From the NCBI GenBank assembly GCA_039970335.1, contig JBDVMC010000025.1, positions 216,629-280,628 of the forward strand: a DNA stretch of 64,000 bases, read 5' to 3'. Within the stretch, counting starts at the first letter, position 1; every line of letters starts with the position of its first letter. The notes beneath the pieces are model-generated. The model saw nothing but the letters and a program-made list of their open reading frames with translations. It searched no databases and was not told the DNA's origin. Position numbers and translations under genes: made by a program. Of the stretch, positions 9,766-19,361 are shown piece by piece. This DNA is from Henriciella sp. Its GTDB lineage: Bacteria; Pseudomonadota; Alphaproteobacteria; Caulobacterales; Hyphomonadaceae.

Positions 9766-10685
9766 GAAATCGGGGTCAGGTTCGCCTCGACCAAGTCTTT
9801 GTAGAGCGCGGACAGGCGCTGCGACATCGGCCCGTTCAGGGTGCTAATCGTCCGGCCATCAACCTCGCGCACCGGCGTCGCCCCCGCAAAGGTGCCCGTG
9901 ATGAAAGCTTCGTCCGCGGAGTAGACGTCGAACAGCGAAAAGCGCTTCTCAAACACGGGAATATCATTCTCACGGCAGACGCGAATGATATTTGCGCGGG
10001 TAATCCCGCCCAGGCAGTATTCTGGCGGACTGGTCCAAACTTCGCCGTCCCGCACGATAAAGAAATGCGTCGAGTTACACGTCGCAACAAAGCCATCCGG
10101 GTCGAGCATCAAGGCCTCGTCCGCGCCGGCTTTATCGGCCTGAATGCAGGCCAGGATGCAATTCAGTTTGGAGTGCGAGTTGAGCTTTTGGTCTTGCTCC
10201 GCTGGGCCGGTGCGGCGGACATGCGCCGTGAACAGAGAGACCCCTTTGGCTTGAATCTCTGGCACCGGCGATTTGTACTCCGGAATGATCACAATCGTGG
10301 GCGGCGTGATGGTGAAGCGCGGGCCTTGATACGGCGTCTTCTTGACCCCGCGCGTGACCATCAGACGGATGTGCACCCCGTCCTGCATGTCCTGGGCTTT
10401 CAAACAGTCGAACAATTGCTGAGCCAGCTGTTCGCGGGTCAGGCCGATATCCATATCAATCGTCTTGGCGCCGGCATAGAGCCGTTTCAGATGCTCATCC
10501 AAAAAGGCGACACCGCCGGCATGGACCCGCATGCCTTCCCAAACGCCATCGCCGAGGAGGTAGCCGCTTTCGAAAACCGAAACTGTCGCCTGATCGCGAT
10601 GCTTCAGCTCGCCATTGATCGAGACTTGAATGTCGGCATTGCGTTCGTCGTAAACATAGTCGTGAACGCCATGCGCATCATCCAT
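9762..10685 (-). CDS. class IV (branched-chain / D-amino-acid type) aminotransferase
   Basis: 307 aa. Fold-type IV pattern: GYLLGDGVWEGMRV, ...DMDIGLT..., EALMLDPDGFVATCNSTHFFIV, GITR, and a C-terminal TGTFAG..PV segment. Confidence 0.85.
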   Translation of the reverse strand: MDDAHGVHDYVYDERNADIQVSINGELKHRDQATVSVFESGYLLGDGVWEGMRVHAGGVAFLDEHLKRLYAGAKTIDMDIGLTREQLAQQLFDCLKAQDMQDGVHIRLMVTRGVKKTPYQGPRFTITPPTIVIIPEYKSPVPEIQAKGVSLFTAHVRRTGPAEQDQKLNSHSKLNCILACIQADKAGADEALMLDPDGFVATCNSTHFFIVRDGEVWTSPPEYCLGGITRANIIRVCRENDIPVFEKRFSLFDVYSADEAFITGTFAGATPVREVDGRTISTLNGPMSQRLSALYKDLVEANLTPIS

Positions 10686-10687
10686 TT

Positions 10688-12259
10688 CTAACCTCCAACA
10701 CGTCGCTCTTGTCCGGCCCAGTACGGCTCACGCAAGTCTTTGCGTAAAATCTTACCCGAAGGGTTACGCGGGAGTGCCTCGATATAGTCAACTGATTTGG
10801 GGCACTTGTATCCGGCAATCCGTTCGCGGGCCCAATCGATGATGCTCTCAGCGGTTGGGTTGGTGCCTTCCTTGGCAACGACGATCGCCTTTACAGCCTC
10901 GCCCCATTTCTCGTCTGGGATGCCGATCACGGCAACGTCGGCAATATCCGGATGCCCGAAGATCGCATTCTCAACCTCAGCCGGATAAACATTCTCGCCG
11001 CCCGAGACGATCATATCTTTCACCCGGTCATGGATAAACAGGAACCCGTCTTCGTCGAAATAGCCGGCATCCCCGGTATAGAAGAAGCCGTTTCGGATCG
11101 CTTCTTCGGTGGCCTCAGGTCGGTTCCAGTATCCCTTCATGACAAAGCCAGACTGAATGACGATTTCGCCAACCTCACCCGTTGGCACTGAATTGCCGTC
11201 GCCATCGACACAGCGAATAATCGTGCTCGGATATGGCACACCGCAAGAGCGCAGCTTGCCCCAGCTCGGATTGTGCGCCTCGGGTGGCAAATAGGTGCCG
11301 CCGCCAACTGTTTCTGTCAGACCGTAAAGCTGTGTGAACTGCGCGCCCATCACTTCAACCGCACTGGTCAAAAGATCTTCGGTGATCGGTGAGGCGCCAT
11401 AGAAGACTTGTTTCAGGGTCGAGTAATCACGCTCTCGATAATCCGGCATCTGCGACAGCATCAGGATAACCGCGGGCACCCAAAAGGCGTGATTGACCTT
11501 TTGCGTCTCGATCAAGTCGAGGATTTCAGCCGGATTAATCTCAGGCAGAACAACTGTTTTCGAACCTTGGGCCGTGGCAACCAGACCCGCATTCACACCC
11601 GCCACGTGGAAAAGTGGCATCGCGTTCATCACGGTCTCACCCGCTTCATAGGCGGCCCATTGCAGGACGCTGGCTTGCTCTAGAAAGGACTCATAGTTGG
11701 CATTGGTCAGCATGACGCCTTTCGGCAACCCGGTTGTACCCGACGTGTAGAGCTGGATGACATCATCCTGGTCTTCGGTCTTGTCGCCAGGCGCACTTGC
11801 ATCCTGACCATCGCGCCAGCTTGTATATTCCGGCCAACCCTCGTGCGCGCCCTCGACAGTAATGATGTGCTGCAGATGCGGACACTCGTCTTTGATCTCT
11901 TCAACCATCGCGAACCATTCAGGCCCCACAAACAGAACCGAAATCTGCGCATCGGACAAAATGAACTGAACTTCGGGGGCGGCGAGGCGTGTGTTCACGC
12001 CATTGATCACCGAGCGGGATTTCGCGCAGCCATACATCATCTCATAATAGACAGCTGTATTCTTCGCGAGATAGCCAACCCGTTGGTCCGGACCAACGCC
12101 GAGGGCTTTTAGACCATTGGCAACTTGGTTTGAGCGCTCGTCTAGCTGGGCGAATGTTGTTTCTTCACCTTTACACCAAAACGCAATCTCAGATCCACGA
12201 ATACTTGCCTGTACTCTAGGGATATCTGCAACGTGCGGCATAGATTTCGTATCAAGCAT
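10688..12259 (-). CDS. AMP-dependent acyl-CoA synthetase/ligase
   Basis: YTSGTTGLPKGV AMP-binding motif, GYWNRPEAT, YTGD, PRNPSGKILRKDL. Start moved to ATG 12259, preceded by GGGAGG. The ORF opens at 12334. Confidence 0.9.
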   Translation of the reverse strand: MLDTKSMPHVADIPRVQASIRGSEIAFWCKGEETTFAQLDERSNQVANGLKALGVGPDQRVGYLAKNTAVYYEMMYGCAKSRSVINGVNTRLAAPEVQFILSDAQISVLFVGPEWFAMVEEIKDECPHLQHIITVEGAHEGWPEYTSWRDGQDASAPGDKTEDQDDVIQLYTSGTTGLPKGVMLTNANYESFLEQASVLQWAAYEAGETVMNAMPLFHVAGVNAGLVATAQGSKTVVLPEINPAEILDLIETQKVNHAFWVPAVILMLSQMPDYRERDYSTLKQVFYGASPITEDLLTSAVEVMGAQFTQLYGLTETVGGGTYLPPEAHNPSWGKLRSCGVPYPSTIIRCVDGDGNSVPTGEVGEIVIQSGFVMKGYWNRPEATEEAIRNGFFYTGDAGYFDEDGFLFIHDRVKDMIVSGGENVYPAEVENAIFGHPDIADVAVIGIPDEKWGEAVKAIVVAKEGTNPTAESIIDWARERIAGYKCPKSVDYIEALPRNPSGKILRKDLREPYWAGQERRVGG

Positions 12260-12375
12260 GGGTAACCACCTCCCGAGTGTTTTTGACTTTAATAGGACTT
12301 TAGGCATCATTCTTAGCTTGGAAAGCCCCAACAAACACGCTTAGGCTGCAAACCAAGTCTGGGGAGGCAAACAAT

Positions 12376-13323
12376 ATGGCAAACGCCCAAAGCATTATTC
12401 TTCATCAATTCGACCGCTCTCCCTTCTCGGAGAAGATTCGATTGGCATTGCGGATGAAGAATCTCGGTTGGGCGTCGGTGGAGATTCCATCGATCATGCC
12501 AAAGCCGGATCTGATGCCGTTGACCGGCGGATATCGCCGAACCCCAGTGATGCAGATCGGCGCCGATATATTCTGCGACACGTCGATTATGCTGCCCGAG
12601 TTGGAGAAGCGCTTTAATCTTCCGGCGCTCGACCTGCCGGGGCATGAAGGCCTCTCGAAAATGGTCGCAAGCTGGGTCGACGGAAAGTGGTTTCAATCCA
12701 GCGTCGCCGTGATTTTTGGGGCCGTTGGCGAGCATATGCCAAAAGAATTCATCGACGACCGCACCAAGATGTCTGGCCGCCCATTCGATGTCGACGCGAT
12801 GAAAGCAGCCGCCCCGATCATGCGCGACCAATGGCGCAGTCAGCTCTTATGGATTGAAGAACGCCTCGAAGGAGGGCGCCATGCCGGAACCGGCGATTGG
12901 CTCGTTGGCACCAAGCCTGGCATGATCGATGTGCACGCCTTCATGAACCCGTGGTTTGTCGAGAAGAACATTCCGGACTTCCTGGAGACCTGTTTCGAAA
13001 GCGCGCCTTTGACCAAGGATTGGTATGGCCGCCTCAAAGGCTTCAAAGGCCAAACCCCAGAAGAAATCTCTGGCGAAGAGGCTGTAGAGATCGCGCACAA
13101 AGCCGCGCCGCGTCTGAAGCCAGCATCAACTGCGGGCGACTTGCGCGACTTCCAACCAGGCGACCGCGTTGCCATTGCGCCGGATGATTATGCCAAGGAC
13201 TGGGTCGAAGGCGACTTAGTCATTGCCAACTCTGACAGGGTGATCATTGCCCGCCAGGATGACCGCGCAGACAATCTGCACGTTCACTTCCCGCGGGTCG
13301 GCTACGTCTTGCGCAACGCTTAG
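12376..13323 (+). CDS. glutathione S-transferase family protein
   Basis: N-terminal thioredoxin-like GST pattern (ILHQFDRSPFSEKIRLAL...RTPVMQIGADIFCDTSIM); 315 aa; divergent from the acyl-CoA synthetase operon. Confidence 0.6.
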   Translation: MANAQSIILHQFDRSPFSEKIRLALRMKNLGWASVEIPSIMPKPDLMPLTGGYRRTPVMQIGADIFCDTSIMLPELEKRFNLPALDLPGHEGLSKMVASWVDGKWFQSSVAVIFGAVGEHMPKEFIDDRTKMSGRPFDVDAMKAAAPIMRDQWRSQLLWIEERLEGGRHAGTGDWLVGTKPGMIDVHAFMNPWFVEKNIPDFLETCFESAPLTKDWYGRLKGFKGQTPEEISGEEAVEIAHKAAPRLKPASTAGDLRDFQPGDRVAIAPDDYAKDWVEGDLVIANSDRVIIARQDDRADNLHVHFPRVGYVLRNA

Positions 13324-13970
13324 GCTGGCACGCGGGCTTCGGCCTCACCGACCGGCTCATCTCCGGCAATCAGCGTATCCGCGAAAAGATGGTTCCGGTC
13401 CCGGTGACCGGCTTCGTCTTCGCGCACAGCGATCACAACGTCTCTGAGGCGCGCATTTGCGGGCAAGTCCCAATAATCGATGGCGATCTGCGGAGCTGGG
13501 CCATTTTCAAGACGACCCTCGTCAATCTCGCGCAAATAGTGGGTGTAGCTTGTGACCGCTTCTTCCTCGAAATAGCCGATGACCCTGTGCGCTGTTTTAG
13601 GGGCGAACAGATACAGGAAGAAATAGAAATTATAGAAGATGGCCTGGGCAATCATAATCAAAGCGCGCTCAAACAGAGTCGGTTTCGCAACCTGAATGAA
13701 GGTCATCAGATGCATGCGTTCATTCTCAGCTTCGTCGAGGAGTTCCTTGACCCAGCCGCGGTCATCTTGCATCCGGCGGATAGACCGCAAATGCTGCAAA
13801 AGCCCAGCGACCATGCCGGGAACAGCCGCTACGGTTTCAAGCACAACTGCGCGATGACCATAGCGTTTCCGGAAGAAAAGATCCGCGAAAAAGCGTAAGA
13901 ATTTTACAAACGCGAAAGCGATGCGATCTCGCAAACCTGCTGGTTTGCGGTGGGGTTCGAGATAGCTCAT
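13320..13970 (-). CDS. aox: alternative oxidase (ubiquinol oxidase, non-haem di-iron)
   Basis: Di-iron carboxylate motifs ENERMHLMTF, EEEAVTSYT and DEAGHRDRNH. Start moved to ATG 13970, preceded by GGAGG. The ORF opens at 14018. Confidence 0.85.
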   Translation of the reverse strand: MSYLEPHRKPAGLRDRIAFAFVKFLRFFADLFFRKRYGHRAVVLETVAAVPGMVAGLLQHLRSIRRMQDDRGWVKELLDEAENERMHLMTFIQVAKPTLFERALIMIAQAIFYNFYFFLYLFAPKTAHRVIGYFEEEAVTSYTHYLREIDEGRLENGPAPQIAIDYWDLPANARLRDVVIAVREDEAGHRDRNHLFADTLIAGDEPVGEAEARVPA

Positions 13971-14067
13971 CCGGGGCCTCCTTAGGGTACACTCCCTAGG
14001 TAAGACCCCGTAACTCAAACATCAGACGCAGGATTGCCGCGCGACAGAATGTGCCACCTTTTTAGAG

Positions 14068-16143
14068 CTAGCAGCCGCCTGCCTCAAATCGATAGGCGAC
14101 GAAGTTAACCGGGTCGCCATTCGAATAATTGAGCGCGTAAACGGGTGCTGATTGAGAAACACAGCGACCTGCAGCGTCGGCCTGAGCAATGAGATCATCG
14201 CGAATGTCAGGCACAGCTGGAATGCAATCATCACCGAGCGCTTCACAGCGACGCGGCGGGCTGCCCCGGCCTTCCAAGTTAAGCAGGTAGACAACCGGAT
14301 AAGCGGCCTCGTCGTCCGGCAAGAGCAGCGGCGTCTCCGGTGAGTGCAGGTTCTGCGTCCCCAGCGATAAAACATAAGACGGTTCAGCATAGCCCAGCGC
14401 GAGAATGCGTTCAGGGCTCGTGCGGCCATCCTCACACGTTTCGCTCGGCACCCCGCAAACGTCTTGAAGCGCGAGCCGCGCGGTCTCTGTCGGCTGCGCC
14501 CAAAGCTGTGTCGGCAAGAAATAGATCCGCGCATGCCATCCGAGGAACAGGCTGGTCAGAATACCCAGGAACAAAGTGACGCCGAGCTTTCTGGCGAACG
14601 TCGCAGCTATAGATCCGGCAAAGACGATTGCGCCCAGACCCCAAAGCCAGAGCGGGAAGTTTACGAAGCTTGCCCATTGATCGATCACCACCTCTGGCGC
14701 TGCAGTTTTGAAATCACCCGCCGCTTCGGTCTTGATCAACCGCGCCGCGAGCGGCGAGCTGACAAAGAGCAACAGCCCCCCGCCGAGCAGATAGATGGCA
14801 AAACTCACGCCCTTAGAAACGGGCAATTTTGCGCCGTCCATCAGCTTCAATCCAGCCCATCCACAAAGCAGGCCCATAGCTGGATAAGCCGGCAGGATGT
14901 AATGGCTAAGGCGGGTCGGCATAAGCTCGAAAAAGATCGTCGTCAGCGCGGCCCAAGCGACCAGGAACCGAATGGCTTTGATCTCATCCGTGACCGGAGC
15001 GGCATTTTCAAGAGACCATCGATTTTGCCACTCTGGCCGCGTACTGAGCCACCAAAACCCAACAATAATCAGGCCCGCAAAGGCCGAGGGCGCGCCATTT
15101 CCGAGCTCGCCTGGAAGGATCCAAGTCGCGAGTGCGGTGAACGCGCCGAGCGCGACAAACACGAATAGGGCATCGGTTCCACGCTTGCGCGCAAGATCAT
15201 TGCTGCCGCGCAAATATTTCCAGGCCAACGTCATGCCAGGCACCAGCAAGAGTACGGCCGGGAAGAACCAAACCGGGATATGACTGAGATGATAAAGCGG
15301 CCAACCAGCATGTCCCTCAGAGGCGCCGGCAAACTTGTCTTTCAGATCCTTACCGACGGCGCCTTGCAGGAAGGTTCCGTCTGTCGCGAACTGGATCGCG
15401 GCCAGCCATGGCAGGAACATCGCCGCAGCCAATGCTGGTCCAGGCCACCAAATGAGAGGCCGCCACCAATCGCCGCCTTTGCCTTCGCCAGCCTTTGCCC
15501 AGACCCAGGCGCCAAACCCGGCATAGGCCGCAACCATTGGGGTCACCGGGCCTTTGATCAAAAGTCCGCACCCCATGGCGAACCAGAAGACTAAGGCGAT
15601 CCGTTTCGGATTGTCCGTTTTGTCCATATAGAGCCGCGCCAGAGCGCCGATCCCCCACGCCGTCAGGAAGATCAGAACCCCGTCGGTCTTGGAAATGTGC
15701 CCTTCACTGGTCACCAATAAGGTCGCGCCAAACAAGGCTGCCCCTAGAAATGCCGCGCGCCGCCCGATCAGGACGATCCCGCACCAGAACGTCGCCATGG
15801 TCGCGAGCGAAACGCCAATCCAGCTCGGAACCCGGTAGGTCCAGATATCGAGCTTGTCTTCGTCACCAAGAAGCTGGGTTGCGCCAGATTGTAGCCAGTG
15901 AATTCCGGCGGGCTTTTTGTTCCGATACTCATCTTGATAGCGGATGATCAGATAGTCGCCGGTTTCAATGTACTGCTTGGACGCTTGCGCGAACCGCGCT
16001 TCGTCTCGGTCGAGCGCAGGAATGTTGAACACGCCAGGCGCAGCAGCGGTAAAAGTGATGGCAAACAGAATGAACCAGGCTTTCCAGCCAGATGAGAGAC
16101 GATCGAGCATATCCATGAGAAAGCTCTTATCCTGAGCCAACAA
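14068..16143 (-). CDS. ArnT/PMT-like glycosyltransferase family 39 membrane protein
   Basis: N-terminal DRDEARFAQASKQY loop motif, more than 10 TM segments, large C-terminal periplasmic part; 691 aa. Confidence 0.8.
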   Translation of the reverse strand: MLAQDKSFLMDMLDRLSSGWKAWFILFAITFTAAAPGVFNIPALDRDEARFAQASKQYIETGDYLIIRYQDEYRNKKPAGIHWLQSGATQLLGDEDKLDIWTYRVPSWIGVSLATMATFWCGIVLIGRRAAFLGAALFGATLLVTSEGHISKTDGVLIFLTAWGIGALARLYMDKTDNPKRIALVFWFAMGCGLLIKGPVTPMVAAYAGFGAWVWAKAGEGKGGDWWRPLIWWPGPALAAAMFLPWLAAIQFATDGTFLQGAVGKDLKDKFAGASEGHAGWPLYHLSHIPVWFFPAVLLLVPGMTLAWKYLRGSNDLARKRGTDALFVFVALGAFTALATWILPGELGNGAPSAFAGLIIVGFWWLSTRPEWQNRWSLENAAPVTDEIKAIRFLVAWAALTTIFFELMPTRLSHYILPAYPAMGLLCGWAGLKLMDGAKLPVSKGVSFAIYLLGGGLLLFVSSPLAARLIKTEAAGDFKTAAPEVVIDQWASFVNFPLWLWGLGAIVFAGSIAATFARKLGVTLFLGILTSLFLGWHARIYFLPTQLWAQPTETARLALQDVCGVPSETCEDGRTSPERILALGYAEPSYVLSLGTQNLHSPETPLLLPDDEAAYPVVYLLNLEGRGSPPRRCEALGDDCIPAVPDIRDDLIAQADAAGRCVSQSAPVYALNYSNGDPVNFVAYRFEAGGC

Positions 16144-16204
16144 TGTTGAATAGCGTTACAATGCGGACTAGCGTCGCCGAAACGCAGAATTAATGGGAGC
16201 GGGC

Positions 16205-17539
16205 ATGAGCTGGTGGTTCAAGATTGATCTTTGGAAGCGCGTGATTGCCGCGCTCATATTGGGTTTAGCAGTTGGCCTGGGTCTCAGATATGGCATGGGC
16301 GCGGAAGCTGGCGGTGGATTTGCTGAATCCTGGATCAGTTGGGCCGGCGACCTGTTCTTACGTTTGATCAGAATGCTGATCGTGCCGCTGGTCTTCTTTA
16401 CATTGGTCTCTGGCATCATCGCGATGGGGGATCCGAAGCGCCTTGGCAGCTTGGGGTTGCGCACGATCGGAACCTATATCGGCACAACCGCAATCGCGGT
16501 CACGTTGGGCCTCATCATGGGAACTATTTTCCGCCCTGGCGCCAGCCTGACACCTGAGACATTTGCAGGTGCGGATACAGACCGCATGATGGCCGTCTCA
16601 GCCCGCGCTGATGAAGCCGGTGGGATTGTCGATCGACTTCTCAATATCGTTCCAACCAACCCCGTGGATGCGCTCGCTTCTGGCAACATTCTGCAGATCA
16701 TCTTTTTCGCGATCATGTTTGGCGTTGGCATCTTGATGGCTGGCAAACATGCCGAGCCCGTCGGTAAATGGTTCGATGGCGCGTCCGAAGCGATGATGAA
16801 GGTGACGATTATCGTCATGGAAACCGCGCCGATTGGGGTGTTTGCTCTCATGGCGACCGTTATGGCGACCCAGGGGCTTGGCGTTTTGCAGAGCCTCGGC
16901 ACGCTTGCAATCGCGCTTTATCTCGCTTGCGCCATTCACATCCTGATCACGTATGGTGGGATCATCATCAAGCTGGTTCTCGGCTTGCCGTTCATCCCGT
17001 TTTTGCGTGGGATCACCGATGCGCAAGCCGTCGCCTATTCAACTGCGAGCTCCTCTGCGACGCTGCCTGTCACGATCACCTGCGCCGAGGAGAATCTCGG
17101 CATCGATAAGGCCGTCGCGGGGTCCGTTCTGCCGCTCGGCGCGACGATCAATATGGATGGTACGGCAATCTATATCGGCATGGTCGCTTTGTTTGGCGCG
17201 CAAGCTATGGGCATCGAGGTCAGCCTCATGCAATACGTGCTGATCGCCGTGATGGCGACTTTGGTCTCGATTGGCGCAGCGGGCATTCCAAGTGCCGGAT
17301 TGCTCCTCTCAGGCTTGGCACTCGCGCAAGTCGGCATCCCGGAAGAGCAAGCCTTCTTGATCATCGGCTTCATCCTGCCATTTGACCGCCTGCTCGATAT
17401 GATGCGGACAATGACCAACGTCACAGGCGATGCCGCCGTCGCGACGGCAGTCGCTAAGTGGGAAGGCGATCTCGATGAAGGTGTGTTCCGCGCCGCAGAC
17501 AATCTTTCGGCGCATGTCGATGATCGCGAGCCCGCCTAA
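16205..17539 (+). CDS. dicarboxylate/amino acid:cation symporter (DAACS family)
   Basis: SSSATLP and GATINMDGTAIY motifs. ATG 16205 lies 5 nt after GGGAG. The ORF also opens at 16193. Confidence 0.9.
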   Translation: MSWWFKIDLWKRVIAALILGLAVGLGLRYGMGAEAGGGFAESWISWAGDLFLRLIRMLIVPLVFFTLVSGIIAMGDPKRLGSLGLRTIGTYIGTTAIAVTLGLIMGTIFRPGASLTPETFAGADTDRMMAVSARADEAGGIVDRLLNIVPTNPVDALASGNILQIIFFAIMFGVGILMAGKHAEPVGKWFDGASEAMMKVTIIVMETAPIGVFALMATVMATQGLGVLQSLGTLAIALYLACAIHILITYGGIIIKLVLGLPFIPFLRGITDAQAVAYSTASSSATLPVTITCAEENLGIDKAVAGSVLPLGATINMDGTAIYIGMVALFGAQAMGIEVSLMQYVLIAVMATLVSIGAAGIPSAGLLLSGLALAQVGIPEEQAFLIIGFILPFDRLLDMMRTMTNVTGDAAVATAVAKWEGDLDEGVFRAADNLSAHVDDREPA

Positions 17540-18429
17540 AGCGCGCTGCGAACAATCTCGCCAATCATTCGGGCTTCGTTAGCGCGCGGTGACCCGACCC
17601 GCCACGCGATCCCGATGCGGCGGCCTATCATCGGTGTTTCAAACGCGCGCAGCTCAACCTCTGCGCCTGAGGTCACGCCCGCATCGATGGCCAGCCGAGG
17701 CAAAAGCGATACACCCAAACCGCCCGCCACCATGTGCACGAGGGTTGGTAGGCTGGTCGCGGTAACATCTGCGCCGCCTCGCTTGGTTGGCAATCGACAG
17801 ATCGAGAGCGCATGATCGCGCAGGCAATGCCCGTCCTCCAAGAGGAGTACGTCCTCTTCGACCAAATGGCTCGATTTCAATCCCTCGCGCGCCGCCAAAT
17901 CATGTCCGGTCGGGGTGACCAATAGAAACTCATCATCCCCAAGATCCATCGTCTCAATCCCAGACGCCTCCCATGGCAGAGCGATCAACGCCGCGTCGAG
18001 CTTTCGCGAACGCAACCCCTCGATCAGGCGTTCGGTTTGGTCTTCACGCAAATAGAGCTTCAGGTTTGGATACGCGCTCCGCAGCGCCTTCAGCGTGCGT
18101 GGCAGCAAAAATGGCGCAATGGTCGGAATCGCGCCGAGGCGAAAGCCCCCGGTCAGCGGCGCACCCGCTTGCTGGGTCGCAGCGATCAGATCAGCTGTGT
18201 CGGAGAGGATGGTTCGTGCACGCTCAACTGCGGCTTCACCGGCCTGGGTGAGCGAGGCCCCGCGCGATTCGCGCTCAATCAATTGCACGCCCAATAGGCC
18301 TTCAACCTCCTTGATCGCTGCCGACAAAGTTGGCTGTGTGACGTGACATGCCTCTGCGGCTTTCGAGAAAGAGCCATTATCAGCAACCGCGCAAAGGAAT
18401 TCGAGCTGTCTTAGAGTGGGAAGATGCAT
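17536..18429 (-). CDS. oxyR: hydrogen peroxide-sensing LysR-type regulator OxyR
   Basis: LysR HTH (FSKAAEACHVTQPTLSAAIKEVE). LLLEDGHCLRDHALSIC reproduces the OxyR redox-cysteine pair context (GHCLRDQ...C). Confidence 0.85.
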   Translation of the reverse strand: MHLPTLRQLEFLCAVADNGSFSKAAEACHVTQPTLSAAIKEVEGLLGVQLIERESRGASLTQAGEAAVERARTILSDTADLIAATQQAGAPLTGGFRLGAIPTIAPFLLPRTLKALRSAYPNLKLYLREDQTERLIEGLRSRKLDAALIALPWEASGIETMDLGDDEFLLVTPTGHDLAAREGLKSSHLVEEDVLLLEDGHCLRDHALSICRLPTKRGGADVTATSLPTLVHMVAGGLGVSLLPRLAIDAGVTSGAEVELRAFETPMIGRRIGIAWRVGSPRANEARMIGEIVRSAL

Positions 18430-18770
18430 AGGTTTAATCTATCCCTTCAACTCCAATTATCAATTATACGCTGACAGCTTTTCGCTTTAGGCTCACAAAT
18501 AGTTGATGAGAACGGCGCCCCCATCCGTCTTGAAAGCGAGTGAACAAGCGCCATTTTCTTATCATAGGCGGCCACTAACGGCCCCGATTATTCGCACCGG
18601 TGGCCCCCGATCCCAATCCCTCAGCCACCGGAACGCGAGGCCCTGCCGGCCCTTTTCCTCCCCCTAAAGAACAAGGTCATCCGGCAGGGCCAACGCGTTT
18701 GCGACCAAATGAGACAATCGGTGAACGAGAATTGACTTGCCACACAGGCCCTGAAGGGCATTTTAGACAT

Positions 18771-19361
18771 ATGGAACTCAACGCCTCTGGCCTCAGCAAT
18801 GACCTCATCCGTTTAGAACCCCTCGATGAGCGGTTCCGCGAGCATTTGCGAGCCAGTGATGCGGTTGATTCAATTTGGCTCTCCCTTCCGGCAATCCAGA
18901 GAGGCGCAGGCTTCGACGCGTATTATGATCACGTCCTGAAGAATGGCCGCCAGAACGATCTTTACGGGTTTGCTTTGCTCGATCCAAACGATGGCGACCG
19001 CTTCGTCGGCGTCACAGCTTTGATTGAGCCCAACAAAATGCATCGACGCATCCGGCTCGGCTATACGTGGCTAGAGCCTCATCTGCGCGGGCAAGGCATT
19101 TATGCCGCAATCCAGAAACTGCTTATCCAACGCTCACTCGATTGGGGCGCGAAGCGAATTGAGTGGTATGTCGAAGATCGTAATACCCGCGCCATTCGGG
19201 CGATTGAATCAATCGGCGCCGTAAAAGAAGGCGTGCTGCGTGAATATGAGAAATTCGCCGATGGCGAATGGGTCGACATGGCCGTTTTGTCTATGCTCCG
19301 CGACGATGCGAAAGAAGCGATGACCCGCCTGACGCAGATCATGGTCGATAGCGAGGCTTGA
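18771..19361 (+). CDS. GNAT family N-acetyltransferase (RimJ/RimL-like)
   Basis: LGYTWLEPHLRGQGIYAAIQKLLI acetyl-CoA-binding-like segment. Start set at ATG 18771 (MELNASG). The Pro/Gly-rich extension from GTG 18600 looks non-coding. Confidence 0.75.
   Translation: MELNASGLSNDLIRLEPLDERFREHLRASDAVDSIWLSLPAIQRGAGFDAYYDHVLKNGRQNDLYGFALLDPNDGDRFVGVTALIEPNKMHRRIRLGYTWLEPHLRGQGIYAAIQKLLIQRSLDWGAKRIEWYVEDRNTRAIRAIESIGAVKEGVLREYEKFADGEWVDMAVLSMLRDDAKEAMTRLTQIMVDSEA

Noticed and set aside
18516-18692. ~58-codon ORF (MRTAPPSVLKASEQ...) inside the oxyR-GNAT intergenic region
   Set aside because: It has no SD, its Pro/Arg-rich composition is non-protein-like, and it runs straight through both strong hairpins. 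An RNA-level function is more plausible.
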